A DNA stretch of 64,000 nt from an uncultured Gammaproteobacteria bacterium (GTDB lineage Bacteria; Patescibacteriota; Patescibacteriia; Magasanikbacterales; UBA922), in contig CAZQHU010000002.1 in the NCBI GenBank assembly GCA_964592785.1, forward strand, positions 12,680 through 76,679, given 5' to 3'. Under the pieces are notes generated by a model, which worked only from the letters and a program-made list of their open reading frames with translations, was not told the DNA's origin and made no database searches. Positions 61,862-64,000 of this stretch are shown one piece after another (position 1 is the first letter of the stretch; each line of letters opens with the position of its first letter). Position numbers and translations under genes: made by a program.

Positions 61862-62224
61862 TTAGGATAGGTTAGATTCTGTAGATCGAATTAAACCATT
61901 AATTAACTTTGCAATTTCAATACTTTGTTCACCTAATTTCCGACTTATTATACCATCAATAAAATTTAAATCTTTAGCTAATAAAATAAAATTTTGGACT
62001 TCTGCCACTGAACCCCTAGCTTGATAATAAAATCTTATTTTATCCTTAAAATGATATCTAGCAAAACCTTCAGCAATATTGGCAGTTATGGAACTAGAAG
62101 CTCTTCGTAACTGACTAATAATTCCATATAATTCTTCTCTTGGCAAATCATTTGTCATCTTATAAATTTCTAATACTAGCAAATGACCCTTCTTCCAAGC
62201 ATCTAGATCATAAAAATTCATCAT
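61862..62224 (-). CDS. Four-helix-bundle protein of the 23S rRNA intervening-sequence (IVS) protein family
   Basis: MMNFYDLDAWKKGHLLVLEIYKMTNDLPREELYGIISQLRRASSSITANIAEGFARYHFKDKIRFYYQARGSVAEVQ is typical of the TIGR02436/S23-IVS family. Confidence 0.8.
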   Translation of the reverse strand: MMNFYDLDAWKKGHLLVLEIYKMTNDLPREELYGIISQLRRASSSITANIAEGFARYHFKDKIRFYYQARGSVAEVQNFILLAKDLNFIDGIISRKLGEQSIEIAKLINGLIRSTESNLS

Positions 62225-62243
62225 AAAAAAGTTACTAGTTACT

Positions 62244-62268
62244 ATTTACTAATTACTACTTACTAACC
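62244..62268. repeat. Right 25-bp perfect inverted repeat; supplies the last codons and stop of rsmI
   Basis: ctatttactaattactacttactaa is the reverse complement of the left copy. Confidence 0.85.
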
Positions 62269-62984
62269 ACCACCACAAATTCCCCTTTTTCACTAATATT
62301 CATTTTTAAAATTTCTTGAATTGTTCCTCGATAAACAGTTTCAAATTTTTTGGTCAACTCACGACAAACGCAAATCTGTCGTTTTTTATCCAAAACTTCG
62401 GCCAATTCGCCCAAACATTTCTTGATCCTATGTGATGATTCATAAAAGGCCACAGTATATTCTGCTTTAACCACTTCTTTAAAAAATGTTTGTCGGCCTT
62501 TTTTGTGTGGAGGAAAACCGAGAAATAAAAATTTATTCGTATCAAACCCTGATATAGATAATGCAGTTATAACTGCGCTTGGACCTGGGATTGGCACTAC
62601 CACGTCATCCTGAGCGATAGCCGAAGGATCTCTTTCCTCAACGAGATATTTCGACTTTGCCCTTCGGGCTTCGCTCAATATGACGCTAACAAGTTCATTC
62701 CCCGGATCACTAATCCCTGGTGTACCGGCATCAGTTACCAAGGCCAGATTCTTACCACTTTCTAATAATTTCTCAATTTCCATTAATTTCCCAGTCTCGC
62801 TATGTTGATGATAAGAAATTGTTTTGGTTTTTATATTAAAATGATTCAAAAGTTTTTGGGTATTCCTGGTATCCTCGCATAAAATAAAATCCACGTCCTT
62901 TAAAATTTCCAAAGCACGCAAAGTAACATCACCAAGATTTCCAATTGGTGTAGCCACTATGTAGAGTTTGCCTAGTTCTGACAT
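62256..62984 (-). CDS. rsmI: 16S rRNA (cytidine1402-2'-O)-methyltransferase RsmI
   Basis: LYIVATPIGNLGDVTLRALEILKDVDFILCEDTRNTQKLL; tetrapyrrole-methylase fold; contains a roughly 22-aa insertion. Confidence 0.88.
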   Translation of the reverse strand: MSELGKLYIVATPIGNLGDVTLRALEILKDVDFILCEDTRNTQKLLNHFNIKTKTISYHQHSETGKLMEIEKLLESGKNLALVTDAGTPGISDPGNELVSVILSEARRAKSKYLVEERDPSAIAQDDVVVPIPGPSAVITALSISGFDTNKFLFLGFPPHKKGRQTFFKEVVKAEYTVAFYESSHRIKKCLGELAEVLDKKRQICVCRELTKKFETVYRGTIQEILKMNISEKGEFVVVVSK

Positions 62985-63020
62985 AACAATATTCTATCGA
63001 AAATTGGCTAAAAAAGCAAA

Positions 63021-63048
63021 CTTGATAATAATAAAATATGTGGTAAAA
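63021..63048 (+). promoter_or_regulatory. Putative promoter of GC-rich island 5
   Basis: TTGATA, a 16-nt spacer, then TAAAAT. Confidence 0.45.
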
Positions 63049-63049
63049 T

Positions 63050-63290
63050 AACTTTATCTTGTCAAAGGAGACCTATCTTCGAAGAAAGACAGCACCTACC
63101 GCTACGCAGGGAAAGTGGCTACACGCCGTTCAACTGCCTGGCTATCCTTCTGGATGGCCTCTTCGACCTCGTCGCCCTTCTCCAAGACAAGTGGCGCCAA
63201 GCCGCTTGAACCATTCGCCGGCCAGCTATCCACGCGCCGGCACTTCCAAAAATAAACCCGCCCCACATATTCCGGGGCGGGTATTTTTAT
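63050..63290 (+). ncRNA. GC-rich island 5: candidate small RNA, or degenerated relative of the island 1/3 genes
   Basis: About 240 nt at more than 55% GC between a promoter-like element and a strong terminator. Its only ORF starts at TTG without an SD and encodes a P/R/S-rich low-complexity peptide. Its 5' end (aaaggagac...) resembles the island 1 leader. Confidence 0.3.
63255..63289. terminator. Bidirectional intrinsic terminator (island 5 and the ferredoxin/nifU operon)
   Basis: acccgccccacatattccggggcgggt flanked by A-runs and T-runs. Confidence 0.75.
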
Positions 63291-63320
63291 CCTCTTCTTT
63301 TTAAAAGTAAAAGAGGAAAA

Positions 63321-63506
63321 CTACTCCAATATAATTGCTCCAACTGGACAATTGTCCCGAGCGTCATTCAAAGCTTGTTCGCTATCACCGGGTGGATTGA
63401 TCCCCACAGCCTTACCATCATCTTCTATTTTAAAACTTCCAGATGCCAAAATAGGGCAAGTACCACAACCAATACAAAGATCTTTATTTACTTTTACTTT
63501 AACCAT
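63321..63506 (-). CDS. Small 4Fe-4S ferredoxin
   Basis: CIGCGTCPILA...DNCPVGAI. Confidence 0.85.
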   Translation of the reverse strand: MVKVKVNKDLCIGCGTCPILASGSFKIEDDGKAVGINPPGDSEQALNDARDNCPVGAIILE

Positions 63507-64000
63507 AATATTTTTCTTTATAAAATCTAATTAATTCTTCAATTGCTGGAATAGCTTCTGGATCCCCCACACCAACTTTTAGTTTTTTCTGTACATCTTC
63601 TAGAGTCTGTGCACCTTCCAAAACTGCTTCTTCAATATCCTGATCAGTAATTTTTAATTTTTGATCAATAACTCTGGCGCCTTCGGTAATTATTCTATCA
63701 TGTTGACCGGTTTTACGAAAGTAATCATTTACTGCTGCTCTCAAGGCCTTATCACCAAGAACAGAGCAATGAACTTTTCTAGCTGGAAGGCCGCCCAAGC
63801 GGGCCATGATATCTTGAGGTTTAATTTTCAAGGCTTCATCAATTTTCATACCTTTGTTTTCAGTTATTATCACCGAAAGCATGGAAGTGGAAGCAATGGC
63901 ACTGCCACAACCAAAAGTTTGCCATTTGCAATCTATTATCTTATCATTTTTCTTATCTACTTTTATCCAGATCACCATCTCATCACCACAAGCTGGAGAC
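63499..64000 (-). CDS. NifU/IscU-like FeS cluster assembly scaffold, 5' partial (continues beyond the window end) with a C-terminal Cys-free extension
   Basis: ...SPACGDEMVIWIKVD...FGCGSAIASTSM...KVHCSVLGDKALRAAVNDY carries the three conserved Cys of the U-type scaffold. Confidence 0.8.
   Translation of the reverse strand, partial: SPACGDEMVIWIKVDKKNDKIIDCKWQTFGCGSAIASTSMLSVIITENKGMKIDEALKIKPQDIMARLGGLPARKVHCSVLGDKALRAAVNDYFRKTGQHDRIITEGARVIDQKLKITDQDIEEAVLEGAQTLEDVQKKLKVGVGDPEAIPAIEELIRFYKEKYYG

Overview
This window is a low-GC (about 30-35%), gene-dense bacterial segment read with the standard genetic code. Its content and the many short or domain-minimal proteins look like a reduced genome of the CPR/Patescibacteria type; that placement is inference only.

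Recognisable content, in order:
- A partial mnmA 3' end, then alaS and a GtrA-like membrane protein.
- The infA-rpmJ-rpsM-rpsK-rpsD-rpoA-rplQ block, followed directly by rplM-rpsI.
- A cell-envelope glycan cluster: flippase, GT4, GT2 and an O-antigen-ligase-like membrane protein.
- fmt and def, a LigB/MEMO-like protein, a large secreted DD-carboxypeptidase-family protein and clpB.
- GNAT, WecG/TagA, a TrmH-family methyltransferase, gltX, an M23 peptidase and an FtsQ-like protein.
- FemAB-like, DegT aminotransferase and a Mur ligase with an N-terminal membrane domain.
- serS, an RdgB-Nudix fusion, a cytidylyltransferase, an HD hydrolase, lysS and greA.
- The mrdA-mreD-mreC-mreB block, proS and a UvrD-helicase/RecB-nuclease fusion.
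- A Na+/H+ antiporter and the complete F1Fo ATP synthase operon (atpZ-B-E-F-H-A-G-D-C).
- tatD, cvpA, metG, rsmI, a ferredoxin and a partial NifU/IscU-like gene.

The main unexplained signal is a set of five short GC-rich islands (about 55-65% GC, 250-600 bp) embedded in this AT-rich backbone. Each has its own promoter-like and terminator elements:
- Islands 1 and 3 encode paralogous small proteins with a conserved SD/start architecture.
- Island 2 encodes a 158-aa protein behind a GC-rich structured leader.
- Island 4 carries a Trp-rich 64-aa ORF plus a 16-bp hairpin.
- Island 5 looks like a non-coding or degenerated relative.

The window also carries several small repeat families:
- An about 100-bp module upstream of both clpB and atpC.
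- A hairpin element family, including an in-frame insertion in tatD.
- Perfect 25-bp inverted repeats flanking a four-helix-bundle IVS-type gene.
- Identical hexamer-repeat insertions in fmt and metG.
- CtsR/CIRCE-like operators upstream of clpB.

No tRNA, rRNA, CRISPR array or transposase was found.
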